Shown here in pieces: positions 30,393 to 40,610 of a stretch of DNA of 64,000 nucleotides; the first letter of the stretch is position 1, and each line of letters begins with the position of its first letter. Position numbers and translations under genes: made by a program. The notes under the pieces were generated by a model. It saw only the letters and a program-made list of their open reading frames with translations. It searched no databases and had not been told where the DNA came from. The DNA comes from a virus, in the IMG/VR virus record IMGVR_UViG_3300032053_000058, positions 4,476 through 68,475 of that record. One strand, given 5' to 3'.

Positions 30393-30464
30393 GACTCCAT
30401 AGGATAGCGGTCAGTCCGCCGGGCCTTCAACCCGGACACACCAGTTCGACTCTGGTTGGGGTCA
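30393..30464 (+). tRNA. tRNA-Glu (TTC), CCA not encoded
   Basis: Acceptor GACTCCA/TGGGGTC, anticodon stem CCGGG/CCCGG with loop CCTTCAA, T arm ACCAG-TTCGACT-CTGGT. Confidence 0.85.
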
Positions 30465-31194
30465 TTAAAGGAACAAATCATGCCAAGTACCGACATTGAT
30501 GGACGTGTTATCGTGATCCTTTCCGCCGAAGAGGCAGAAATGGTTTATCGTGATCTCAGATACGTCTGGGATAGTGTACACCGACTGAATGACACTGAGC
30601 GACGTATTGCCCGCAAGATTGCTCGTGATCTCGCTCTAAAACCCGAGGAACGTTTCGATGATTCGACTCAGCCAACGTAATCTGTTGACCTTGCTTCACG
30701 GTTTGGAAACCCGTGGTGTGCGACATCTTCACAAGCCCGATGTAGGGTTGGTCGTGGCCGAAATGGACGCCCGACACTATCAGGGGCGTGAATATGGCCG
30801 GATGTCATTGCCGACCGAAGCCTTCATCACCGGAATGATACCGGCAATCCGGCGGGTCGAGCAACAGGTCTATTGTGACCAGAACCCACCGGAATGGGCC
30901 TTGACGGCCGCCCGCGTCATCGTAGGCGATTTCGCCAACACAACCGAAGTCGTGGGCACCGCTCACGTCATCGCCCGGTACGCCCGTGAAGCCGGAGCCT
31001 GGTAATGGGTTGGTGCCGTGGGTCCGAAATTGCTGAGAATGTGTGGACCACTGTGCGACGGTTCGTACCAACTTGTTCCCGGCAACAGGTTGCTCGCAAA
31101 ATTATAGACATCTTCGAGAATCACGACGCCGACACGATGGAAGAAGCTGAACAATTATGGCAGGATGCAATCACCCCGATCCCAAGAGAATCCC

Positions 31195-31989
31195 ATGAAA
31201 ATCGCCTTTGAGAACGGTCACGTTCGCCTCAAGAATTGCCGTTATGGTCCCATGATCTATTTACCCGCCGATCAATACATCGGACAGGCACTCGACAAAT
31301 ATGGTGAGTTTTCGGAGGGAGAAGCCTTCTTCTTCCGTTTCCTCGTCAAACCGAGTTGGACCGTACTCGACATTGGAGCCAACCACGGTGCCCACACGAT
31401 TGCGCTTGCCAAGAATGTCAAGGCAGTCCATGCCTTCGAGCCGCAGCGAATCCTCTTCCAACTTCTCTGCGCCAACGTCGCCTTGAACGCCTTAACCAAC
31501 GTTTACACGCATCAAGTGGCAGTCGGCCGAGAGCCAGGTACTATCAACGTTCCGGCTCTCGACTACACCAAGAGTGCCAACTTCGGTGCGCTTGAGATGG
31601 GCGGTACAGGCGGCGAGCAGGTGCCCCTTGTAACCATCGACTCCCTAGTCCTTCCTGAGTGTCACTTCATCAAGTTGGACGTGGAAGGCATGGAAGGGGA
31701 GGCCATCGCCGGTGCTGAGAAAACTCTGCGTCAGCATCAACCGATTCTCTATCTCGAAAATGACCGTCCTGAGAAGTCAGCGGCAGTCATCGCTCAACTT
31801 TTCGCATTGGGCTACCGTCTGTACTGGCACCTACCGCCTTACTACAACCCCAAGAACTACTTTGAGGATACCACCAACATCTATGGCCGAACCATTTCGG
31901 TCAATATGCTCGGTGTCCACAAATCGCAACCCCAAGACATCAAACTTCGGGAAGTTCGGTGCGCAACCGATACCTGGAACGCGCCCTGA
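31195..31989 (+). CDS. FkbM-family methyltransferase
   Basis: D.YIG.AL..YGEFS..E, VLDIGANHG.H, AFEPQ, FIKLDVEGME. Confidence 0.9.
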   Translation: MKIAFENGHVRLKNCRYGPMIYLPADQYIGQALDKYGEFSEGEAFFFRFLVKPSWTVLDIGANHGAHTIALAKNVKAVHAFEPQRILFQLLCANVALNALTNVYTHQVAVGREPGTINVPALDYTKSANFGALEMGGTGGEQVPLVTIDSLVLPECHFIKLDVEGMEGEAIAGAEKTLRQHQPILYLENDRPEKSAAVIAQLFALGYRLYWHLPPYYNPKNYFEDTTNIYGRTISVNMLGVHKSQPQDIKLREVRCATDTWNAP

Positions 31990-32012
31990 CTGTCTGATGT
32001 CTTGAGGCAAAG

Positions 32013-32414
32013 ATGCCAATAACAAAACGAAAACAATGTCCTGTATGTGGTAAACCAGCAGTGAAATACTGTTCACAGATTTGCTTTCACGAAGGGGTTT
32101 ATCAATGTTGGAAACAAGACGTTCTCCGAAAAGGCCGCATCTCGCGGCATTGCAATGCGACACCGCGAATCAAAAGATTCATGGCCGAACAATTCGGAAA
32201 GCACTGTGCCATTTGTGGGAGAAAAACTTGGTGCGGTCAAACGATTGCACTAATCTTTGACCATATCAACGGCAACCACCAAGATTGGTGCCTATCCAAT
32301 TGTCGTTTGATTTGTAGTAATTGCGATGCGCAGTTGCCAACATACAAAGGACACAATCGAGGCAAGGGGCGTTATTCACGCCGTCTGCGTTATCAACAAG
32401 GCAAAAGTTACTAA
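32013..32414 (+). CDS. HNH endonuclease with N-terminal Zn finger
   Basis: CPVCGK..KYCS..C; C..CG...DHINGN......N.RLIC.NC....TY. Confidence 0.88.
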   Translation: MPITKRKQCPVCGKPAVKYCSQICFHEGVYQCWKQDVLRKGRISRHCNATPRIKRFMAEQFGKHCAICGRKTWCGQTIALIFDHINGNHQDWCLSNCRLICSNCDAQLPTYKGHNRGKGRYSRRLRYQQGKSY

Positions 32415-32424
32415 CCCAAGATTT

Positions 32425-32512
32425 AGTCGTGCGATTATTACGGTTATGCCATGTGTAGGGGAACTAACGGCACCTGGTACGCCTGTGGCATATTCGCCCT
32501 CAATCGGTGACT
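32425..32512 (+). ncRNA. Candidate structured RNA (long interrupted hairpin)
   Basis: Intergenic. Nested pairs AGTC/GACT, CGATT/AATCG, TATGCCAT/GTGGCATA, GTGTA/TACGC. Confidence 0.4.
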
Positions 32513-32539
32513 TGACTTCTGCAAAATCTGTGATATACT
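32512..32539 (+). promoter_or_regulatory. Repeated early-type promoter, leaderless (ATG 32545)
   Basis: TTGACT-16-TATACT-TGAAT-ATG. Confidence 0.8.
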
Positions 32540-32544
32540 TGAAT

Positions 32545-32697
32545 ATGCAACGAAAAGAAATCATGGCCGCAGCCCGAACCCAAAAGTCCAATGCTTCGTG
32601 CATTACGAACAAACGGGGCAAGGCTCGCCATGCCAAACGGCAGGGTGCTAAACGAGTCCGCCAACAACTTCAGCAACGGTTGAAGAAAGAACTATGA
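32545..32697 (+). CDS. Small basic hypothetical protein
   Basis: Starts at promoter +1; ATGA-coupled to the next gene. Confidence 0.55.
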   Translation: MQRKEIMAAARTQKSNASCITNKRGKARHAKRQGAKRVRQQLQQRLKKEL

Positions 32698-33071
32698 AAC
32701 CACTACAGTTTCCTCGCGTTGTCCGAATACGCGGCTATGAATACGTGATTGATTACGTGAATAAGCCGCGTGAAGTGGACCGCGATTTGGCAATCGTTGA
32801 TCTTGTGGGACAATGTGCCCCTGGGAATCCTGGTTGTATACGTGTTCTAACGACACAACAAAGCATCGGAATTCTGGATACAGTCATCCATGAAATTCTC
32901 CACGCCATTTTCAACCGAAACACAGTCTTACCGGCTGCCATTCGACCAGAGATTGGTGCTGAAGCCTTCATCGGAGCACTTGGAATCGAACTTGCCAACC
33001 TGTTAGTTGATAACGGTTGGATCAAGTTGCCCGAGACTGTGAAACCAACGGACGTGCGCATCAACGCATAA
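32694..33071 (+). CDS. HExxH metallopeptidase-like protein
   Basis: V.I.G.EY.I, G.C, DT.IHEILHAI. Confidence 0.65.
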   Translation: MKPLQFPRVVRIRGYEYVIDYVNKPREVDRDLAIVDLVGQCAPGNPGCIRVLTTQQSIGILDTVIHEILHAIFNRNTVLPAAIRPEIGAEAFIGALGIELANLLVDNGWIKLPETVKPTDVRINA

Positions 33072-33085
33072 ACCTGGAGTAAACC

Positions 33086-33400
33086 ATGAAATATCTGTTG
33101 ACTCTCGTCGTGCTGCTTGCTGGTTGCCAGGCGACACCCACCACATTCGCGTTACATGGTAAGGTGGTCGGTGTTGCCTCGATAGCTTCGCCCAACTATT
33201 GGGCCTTTGCCGTCCAAACCGACACCGGTGTAATACCGATCATTGTCGTTGAGCGCGACAATTGCCTGGACAAGAAGACTCTTGTGCGATTTCGCACGCT
33301 GCACTCCAATCAAGAACTACTCAACAAGCGGGTCACGGTATTCGGACTTCGCCGTGACGGTCACTACATTGCCACTTCCGTCTACGAGGATCGACCGTGA
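33086..33400 (+). CDS. Lipoprotein, possible OB fold
   Basis: MKYLLTLVVLLAGC lipobox; RBS GGAG. Confidence 0.6.
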   Translation: MKYLLTLVVLLAGCQATPTTFALHGKVVGVASIASPNYWAFAVQTDTGVIPIIVVERDNCLDKKTLVRFRTLHSNQELLNKRVTVFGLRRDGHYIATSVYEDRP

Positions 33401-33884
33401 TCGAGGCTGATTTTACTGCGCAACTACAGGCCATTTTTGCGCTTACGGCTCAAGAAGGACTGACGAAAGCGAAACTCGAATCTAGTGTTGCAGTGTTGCA
33501 ATACACCAACATGGAAGCATGTTATCAAGAGTGCCGCCGTCCGTGGCGCATGGTAGGCGCAATCGTCACTCGTGATGACACCACGAACCGATGGAAGTGT
33601 GAGTTTCAGGGCGTCACAGCCTGGGGTGATACACCGGACATCGCGTGCGACAACTTTGACCACTGTTGGATGTTTGGAAACCGCGCGGAGTGAACCATGA
33701 AATTGTACGGTGTCTATTCAGCCAAAAGCGCAGCGATGTTTCACGACTCAATTTACATTTGGACGCGCCCCGATGGCACTGAAGTTGAAGTCACAGGCGT
33801 TTATGACCAACCAAACGACCCTGCTTATCTGTGGCCAGATGCCGTATGGCTTGGGGAAGTTTTAACATTCATTCGGAAGAAACC

Positions 33885-34802
33885 ATGCCCAGCGTAGTCT
33901 CGCAACTCTCCGCTCGCCATCTTATCACGCCGCCGTCCTGGCTCCCGGATAACATCATGTTCGAGGGAATTCAAGGAAGTACCGCCTACGGTGCCGCTGT
34001 CGATGATTCTGACTTCGACATGATTGGTTGGTGCATCCCGCCCAAGGACATTGTATTCCCGCATCTTGCAGGACAGATCGACGGCTTCGGGCGTCAGAAA
34101 CAGAAGTTCGTCGGCTACCAGAAACACCACGTTCACGATGCTTCGGCTCTTGGCGGCCGGGGACGCCAGTATGATCTGAACATCTACAATGTCGTCCACT
34201 ACTTCAACCTGTGCATGGAGAACAACCCAAACATGCTCGATTCTTTGTTCCTCCCGGCTGAGTGCATCGTGCATACCAGCATCGTGGGCAACATGGTTCG
34301 AGAGAGACGGCATCTCTTCTTGCACAAAGGGGCGTGGCATCGGTTCAAGGGCTATGCTTTCAGCCAACTTGCCAAGATGGAAACGAAGTCACCCGAACCT
34401 GGCAGTAAACGGGCGGTCACTGTTGAGCAATACGGCTTTGACACAAAGTTTGCTTGCCATCTCGTGCGCCTCATGTATGAGGTCGAACAAATCCTGACGA
34501 CTGGCGACCTGGACCTGCGCCGCAACTCCGAAGAATTGAAGTCAATCCGCCGGGGCGAATGGACTGCCCAACAGATTCGAGAGTTCTTTGCCGCCAAAGA
34601 AAAGGGCTTAGAAGCCATCTACGAGGCTTGTGAGATTCTTCCGTGGGGACCGCGCGAAGACGAGATCAAGCAACTGTTGCTGGATTGCCTCGAAGAGCAT
34701 TATGGGCATCTGGAAGGTTGCATCGTCACTGATATGACACCGGTACTTGCTCTCCGTGAGATCGCCAACGTTCTCGACCGGCATCGGAGTCTGTTGAAAT
34801 GA
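33885..34802 (+). CDS. Pol-beta superfamily nucleotidyltransferase (YcgL/RlaP-like)
   Basis: GS.AYG....SD.D..G, NPN.LD.LF, F.GYA.SQL, YG.DTKFA.HL.RL, L.SIRRGEW. Confidence 0.88.
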   Translation: MPSVVSQLSARHLITPPSWLPDNIMFEGIQGSTAYGAAVDDSDFDMIGWCIPPKDIVFPHLAGQIDGFGRQKQKFVGYQKHHVHDASALGGRGRQYDLNIYNVVHYFNLCMENNPNMLDSLFLPAECIVHTSIVGNMVRERRHLFLHKGAWHRFKGYAFSQLAKMETKSPEPGSKRAVTVEQYGFDTKFACHLVRLMYEVEQILTTGDLDLRRNSEELKSIRRGEWTAQQIREFFAAKEKGLEAIYEACEILPWGPREDEIKQLLLDCLEEHYGHLEGCIVTDMTPVLALREIANVLDRHRSLLK

Positions 34803-35218
34803 TCTTCTATCAAGTGCGCGACAAACGAACTGGTCTCTGGTACAAACGCGGCCCCGATCAAGTTAAATGGGTCGCCCAAGAAATGGCGTCAGTTTGGACC
34901 ACACCATCCGGGCCGCAAGGTTGTTTGCAGATCATTGCCCGTTACAACCGCCGCCGTGCGCATCCCGACTATCGGCGTGTTCCCGAAGTCATCCCGTTGC
35001 AAGTCAAAGACCCTCCCACAGTGACATTCGTAGACGGCGATGATTGGCAAGGTCTCTACCTTAACGGCAAACTGGTTGAAGAGGGGCACTGTGTTCGTGT
35101 TGATGATATACTCCGTCGCCTGGGAATTGCCTGTGAACAAATCTATGCCGACGATCAATGGTTGGCTAAGCGAGGCAGTCTGCCTGAGAACCGCAACGAC
35201 ATCAAAGAGGGATAAAAC

Positions 35219-35749
35219 ATGCTACGAATCAACTTCTATGGAGGTCCGGGTGTCGGCAAGAGTACGCTTGCGGCAAAAGTCTATGCGGCCTTGAATCAAG
35301 GTGGAACTGCCGAGTTGGTCCGTGAGTTCGTCAAGTCTTGGGCGTATGAAGGACGGCAACCTGACGCCTTCGATCAAGTCTACACTTTCGCCAATCAGTT
35401 GTGGAGCGAACACCGTCTCCACAAGGCCGGAGTAAAAGTCATCGTGACCGATTCCCCGGTCCTATTGCAATGTGTCTACGCCGAGCGTTTAGACTGCGGT
35501 ATTGCGGCCAACTTGATTGACATAGCGAAACGCTATGAACAGTATCACCAGTCGCTTAATTTTCTGGTCTATCGAAACATACCATATAACCCGGCGGGGC
35601 GTTTCCAATCTGCCAATGACAATGAATTGATCGTCTTGGACACGCGCATCAAATACAGTCTTGACAAATGGGGTCTAACTTACCACTCTGTCTGCCCCGA
35701 TGACTGGCAATTCATCCTCCAAACTGTCAAGGAATTTGCTCATGCGTGA
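35219..35749 (+). CDS. P-loop NTPase/kinase (NadR/AAA_28-like)
   Basis: INFYGGPGVGKST, E.VK..A.E, VTDSP.L, Y...GR.Q. Confidence 0.82.
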   Translation: MLRINFYGGPGVGKSTLAAKVYAALNQGGTAELVREFVKSWAYEGRQPDAFDQVYTFANQLWSEHRLHKAGVKVIVTDSPVLLQCVYAERLDCGIAANLIDIAKRYEQYHQSLNFLVYRNIPYNPAGRFQSANDNELIVLDTRIKYSLDKWGLTYHSVCPDDWQFILQTVKEFAHA

Positions 35750-36222
35750 TCCCGAAGTACCCAAGCATCAAAAGAAGGCTTTACCAGCGCGACAAAAGAA
35801 ATATGGCATTGAACAATGGAGTCGTTGGTTTGGGCGCTGGTGTCTCCCAACGTGGTACAGAACCGAAAAGGCCCGAGATCAAGCCTTCGAGAATCAGATT
35901 ACCAAAACCACAATCCTTCGGCAATCAAACTACGATAACCCACTGCGAAAGGTGGACCGATGACAGACACACCCGCCACCATTGAAGACATCGAAGTCGC
36001 TATCAAACGTGCCTATCAAATGGGTCAACTCGAAGTTGTCGGGCGAGTCAATGTTCAACGGGTCCGTGTACTGAAAGAACGATTTGACCGTCTTGAGACA
36101 CAGTTGCAAGTCACCCCAGATGACGAGTTATTGCGTAAGACTCTTCGAGTTCGCAAGCAACTTTTACGTGCCTGCGAAACGGGAGTCCGCAATGAGTTGA
36201 AATTGAAGGAATTGATGGAACA

Positions 36223-36651
36223 ATGAAACGCTGGCTTCGTCAACGTGATAAGTTCAGTTGTGGGCCAATAGCGCTCATAAATCTTGATAAATGGCGTGGT
36301 AAGTCAGTGACAAATCGTGACTTGCCGCGATACCAGCGGCGTTGTAGTTGCCGCCATCCGCGCGGCACCGTCATTGCGAATTTTTCACGGATTGTTGGCC
36401 GACCGCACTATCGACTTAACTATCGTCGTTTCAAGCAACATTTATTGTCGGGTGGAACTGCCATCATCAACATCGTGTGGGCATACGGCGTCGGACATTT
36501 CTTCTTTGTACGCGGTGTTGCAGAACGCAATGATGGTCGCCGAGGATTTCTAGCCGTCAATTTCATTGAAGGGGAGACACTAACCTTGCTATCGTGGCAA
36601 TTGATGGTTGCGATGTTGCGAGAAGGACGTACCTGGACCTTCCGGCCGTGA
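36223..36651 (+). CDS. C39/papain-like peptidase-like protein
   Basis: Q.D..SCGP.AL.N, GT, GHFFF. Confidence 0.55.
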   Translation: MKRWLRQRDKFSCGPIALINLDKWRGKSVTNRDLPRYQRRCSCRHPRGTVIANFSRIVGRPHYRLNYRRFKQHLLSGGTAIINIVWAYGVGHFFFVRGVAERNDGRRGFLAVNFIEGETLTLLSWQLMVAMLREGRTWTFRP

Positions 36652-37031
36652 AATATGAACCAGTATTTGTATGGTTGCTCACCAATAGCGCAGGTCAGCG
36701 GGCAGTGGTCCTGGCCTGTGATAGTGATGAAGCGCAACAACTTGCCGCCGTGTATGCGCCCCAATGGCGCGGTGCAACTTGCGAGAAGATCGCTGATACG
36801 CGCCGACCCAGCCGGACGCATCGCGTCCTAGTCTTGGAGAAACCCGATGCCAAGTGAAGATGAAATTCGCCGACAACAAGTTCCCGTGAGTCAAGCCATG
36901 CAAGATTTGCTTGCAAACATCCCAATGGTTAATCCCAATGCCTTACGACGCCGATTAACCGGTCGTTGTGAAATTTGCGGTTTGGACCTGACGCCTGGAA
37001 TGAACTGTCCCCGTTGTCTGAATCTGATCCA

Positions 37032-37400
37032 ATGAAACCTGAATACGCCAACTGGATTGCCAACATCGTTGATGGATACGGCCGTTGCGCTGATGTCACG
37101 GCGGCCATGCAACTGACGTTTCCAGAATTGGTCCGCGTGCGTGGACACTACTACGATTATCTTTGGGGCGAGCGTCAACATTGGTGGCTCACGGACCCAG
37201 AGGGGTCGGTGGTTGACCCCACGGCCGCCCAATTTCCGTCGAAAGGTTGCGGCGTTTACACGCCCTGGATTGAAAGCACCCCAGAGCCAACAGGTATTTG
37301 TCCGAATTGCGGCGAACCTGTTTACAATGGCACTTGTTGCTCTGACGATTGCTCCCGAACCTATGCCGCCTTTTGCAATTTTGGTCCAAACGTCACATGA
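37032..37400 (+). CDS. Hypothetical protein with C-terminal Zn finger
   Basis: G.C......M...FPEL..VRGH...HWWL....G.VVDPTA.QF; CPNCG...CS..C. Confidence 0.6.
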   Translation: MKPEYANWIANIVDGYGRCADVTAAMQLTFPELVRVRGHYYDYLWGERQHWWLTDPEGSVVDPTAAQFPSKGCGVYTPWIESTPEPTGICPNCGEPVYNGTCCSDDCSRTYAAFCNFGPNVT

Positions 37401-38425
37401 TGTCGCTTAGACGATAGCCCGTCAACATCTTCGGGAGGCTCTGAATGGTTAAAACAGTACGCACGTCGGTTGAACTGACAAAGAACGATGATGGCACCTG
37501 GCTCAATATAGAGATTGCAGGACGCAAAGCCTCCCTTTCCCTTGACAACAGCGGTCACGGGCCATTGGTCGGTAGCGTTCTGGCCGACTGGGGTGCGAGT
37601 CATTTTAAGCCGACTGGTCTTGTTAAGAAGACCATCGCCGTTCTCAGTGAGTGCCTATTAGCCGGACTCGTCACTCTCGTTTTGATCGCTGTCCTTGGTG
37701 GGGCAATCTGGTTAATCTACAATCACGCGGGAGCAATGGCTGAGGGTTTCGGAGCCGCATTGGCCGCCGGACTCTTGGGTGGAATCGTGCGATACTTCAA
37801 GACCACCCGACGACTACTCCACAAACTCAGTGGTGGTAAGTTGTTTCAATGATAAAGTATGGCCCAAACGATAACGGCTACATCAATGGCCTAGTCCGGG
37901 CCGCTGCTGTCTCATTACAAGCCGCCGTGGAGATTTACTGCGAAGGGCACTACCCTCACAGCAATGCCCGACCGTTGCCGCACACGCATCCGCTTGCAAC
38001 CGCTCTCCGGGCCTTGGCAAAGGTAGACAAAGAGACGGCACGATACGCCAACGAGACACACGATCCGGCTCTATTCGTACCTTACAATCCACCCGAAGAA
38101 AACCTTCACCGATGGGACAAAGTATGAGATGCGACCAACCTCAAGGATTGCCTCCGACTGCCACGACCTTTCTTGCCAAGCATGAAATTGACGAAGATTG
38201 TTGCCGAGCCTGCAAGCGACCCTTTCCTCGCCATTGGGAGGTAGTCGGCCACTATGAAGGCTTCGATACTCACGATCTATACCGGCATCAATTAAAGGAC
38301 GGCCGGACAGCCGACGAGTTTCTTCAAGCCACCCCCTGGTCATCCGGGCCGATGTTCTTTCTCGGTCTTCGGGTATCAGACGGCACAGAATTTGCATGGA
38401 GTGAAGAAGAAATCGACCGAGCCAT

Positions 38426-38453
38426 TTGACTTCTGCCAAATCCGTGGTATGAT
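38426..38453 (+). promoter_or_regulatory. Repeated early-type promoter, leaderless, driving a sigma factor (ATG 38460)
   Basis: TTGACT-TCTGCCAAATCCGTGG-TATGAT-TGTAGT-ATG; the -35 contains the upstream TGA stop. Confidence 0.85.
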
Positions 38454-38459
38454 TGTAGT

Positions 38460-39017
38460 ATGAACGAACGCATTGAACTTGACGCAACGTTGGTTGCCCG
38501 TTACGTGGCGGGGGACGAGAGTGCTTTTGTCGCTCTCTATGAGCACTATACTCCTTTGCTGCGAACCTGGGCCACGTCCTGGTTGGGTGGATGCCATCGA
38601 GACGATATTGATGACATTGTGCAACATGTGTTTATTGACTTCCACGAAGGTCGGGATGCAGTCTACAGTGTGCGGGGGCATCTCCGCAACGCATTGCGTC
38701 GGCATCTTATCGACTATAAACGCTACATACTGCGCCAACGACGGAATCCAACCCGCGAGACGCATGGTTACGAAGTCACTGACAATGTTGACCCGGCGAC
38801 TCAAGTCGAACAGGATGAAGCAAACAAACTCCTACGGAGTTTGGTCGCCAGGTTGCCTGAACGCGAGCGTAATTGCATCGAGCAGGTGCATCTGGCAGGT
38901 CGCAGTTGCCATGATTATGCGAAGGAACTTAACACCCACGTCAACAATGTGAAGCGATGGACCAACGAAGGTCTGGAACGACTCCGTGAATACTATCATT
39001 GTCAACCTCAAGACTGA
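38460..39017 (+). CDS. ECF-type sigma-70 factor
   Basis: D..LV.RY..GDE.AF..LY..Y...L, DD.VQ.VF, V.RLPERER......L.G.S....A..L......VK.....GL.RLR. Confidence 0.88.
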   Translation: MNERIELDATLVARYVAGDESAFVALYEHYTPLLRTWATSWLGGCHRDDIDDIVQHVFIDFHEGRDAVYSVRGHLRNALRRHLIDYKRYILRQRRNPTRETHGYEVTDNVDPATQVEQDEANKLLRSLVARLPERERNCIEQVHLAGRSCHDYAKELNTHVNNVKRWTNEGLERLREYYHCQPQD

Positions 39018-39023
39018 ATCACG

Positions 39024-39620
39024 TTGCCATACGCCGATCCAATTAAAAGACGCGAAGCAGTCCGAGCCTGTAAACAACGTCATCGAAAACGTTATTTATT
39101 GGCTCGACGAAAAGCATACGCGCTCAAACATCCGCCCACTGACTATACTCACACACGAAACGACGAAACACCATGCGAACGCCGAAAGCGGCTTAAAATC
39201 CAGCAACAACGAGGACAAAACTACCGCCAAAGTGACCACTACCGAAAACTAAAGGCGCAATCCTCACGCACGCAACGCTTAGCTAACAAAGGAACATTCA
39301 AGGCAAGGCGCAATCATTATTGGCACAAGTTTGGTTTGACACTCAAAGAATTAGACCAACTGTGGCGAAAACAACATAAACAGTGTGCTATTTGCAAGCG
39401 TGAGATTCATCTGCGGCACACGCGCATAACAAGGGGAAAAGTCGATGCCGCGCACCTTGACCACAACCACAAAACCAAAAGAATTCGTGCCTTACTATGT
39501 CCGGCATGTAATCGGGGACTTGGCAACTTTGTAGACAGTGTTAGGCGACTTAAAAATGCTATCAACTACCTCAAACAACACCGTCGTCGTCAACAAAAGG
39601 CTCGAAAAATACGACGTTGA
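39024..39620 (+). CDS. Endonuclease VII-like (HNH) homing nuclease with basic N-terminus
   Basis: FGLT..E...L...Q...CAIC, HLDHNH.T..IR.LLC..CN.GLG.F.DS...L..AI.YL. Confidence 0.88.
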   Translation: MPYADPIKRREAVRACKQRHRKRYLLARRKAYALKHPPTDYTHTRNDETPCERRKRLKIQQQRGQNYRQSDHYRKLKAQSSRTQRLANKGTFKARRNHYWHKFGLTLKELDQLWRKQHKQCAICKREIHLRHTRITRGKVDAAHLDHNHKTKRIRALLCPACNRGLGNFVDSVRRLKNAINYLKQHRRRQQKARKIRR

Positions 39621-39837
39621 TATTTCTCGTGCCGGAGAAAAATGGGGCAACCCGTTCGAGATCGGTCGTGATGGCACCCGTGAACGAGTAATCAAGATGT
39701 ACGAAGTACATATCCGCAGGTCGCCCAAGTTACTTGCGGCCCTCCCTGAGTTGGTCGGCAAACGGCTGGGTTGTTATTGCAAACCGCTGGCGTGCCACGG
39801 AGACGTGTTGATTCAACTGTTGAAGGAACTAGCATGA
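39556..39837 (+). CDS. DUF4326 family protein
   Basis: VVN.R...YDV.I.R...KWGNPF.IG.DG.R..VI..Y, L.GK.LGCYCKPL.CHGDVL. Confidence 0.88.
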   Translation: MLSTTSNNTVVVNKRLEKYDVDISRAGEKWGNPFEIGRDGTRERVIKMYEVHIRRSPKLLAALPELVGKRLGCYCKPLACHGDVLIQLLKELA

Positions 39838-40241
39838 ACTTTCCAAGACATGAACGCGGCCCGTACCGAGGTCGGTATCTCGACCCGCAAGGTCAACTGA
39901 CTGGTTCGTTTACACAACTCATGGAAGCTGGGTGCATCCAAGCCGAGAACCGGGAGTTGGAACCACTCTTCTATGCGTTAATGCTCGCAACGATGAAGAA
40001 TCCTTGCGACGGTTGCCCGGTCTGGGGCAACAAGGGGCCAGAGTGCCAAGCGTTCCAACAGTACCACACGGCTTATACCCAAGCCATCGAAACACAACAA
40101 CAAGTCATCAAGGAAGCCACGACGCCAAGTAATGTCCCCGCCGAGCATCCGCTGGCCGGACTCAGCGTGAAACAGATCGCTGCCAAACTCAACGTGAGTA
40201 TCAGCGAAGTCCGTCGTAGAAAGGCCGCTGGAACACTATGA
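39834..40241 (+). CDS. Hypothetical protein with C-terminal HTH
   Basis: GLSVKQIAAKLNVSISEVRRR. Confidence 0.6.
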   Translation: MNFPRHERGPYRGRYLDPQGQLTGSFTQLMEAGCIQAENRELEPLFYALMLATMKNPCDGCPVWGNKGPECQAFQQYHTAYTQAIETQQQVIKEATTPSNVPAEHPLAGLSVKQIAAKLNVSISEVRRRKAAGTL

Positions 40242-40610
40242 ACGAATTGCAACGTGAAGCCAATCGCATCGTAGATGCCTTGAAAGCCAATGCACTCTTC
40301 CACAAGAAGGTGCAACCCACACTCCGCGAATATGTCACGGATAAGTCAATTCCTCTTGATGAGCGCTTTCCGATTTGGACGGCCTACTGCAATAAGGAAG
40401 AGCGTAGTTTCATAGTTGCCCGTGGTGACTTCGGCATCATCGGAGACTTGGTGCGTGACTGCGAACCCTATGACTATGAACGTGGATGCACGTATACCTG
40501 GGAAGATTTCCTGGAATATGCCATCGACGAAGAGATTGATATTCCCGTGGAGCAATTCAAGGAAATGTTGATCGAAACCAACTTCGGTTCCTTTGAGATG
40601 GACTGGTAAC

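Noticed and set aside
30419-30435. Reading the tRNA anticodon as TCA (opal suppressor/Sec)
   Set aside because: The CCGGG/CCCGG stem centres TTC; no long variable arm; TGA is used as a normal stop throughout.
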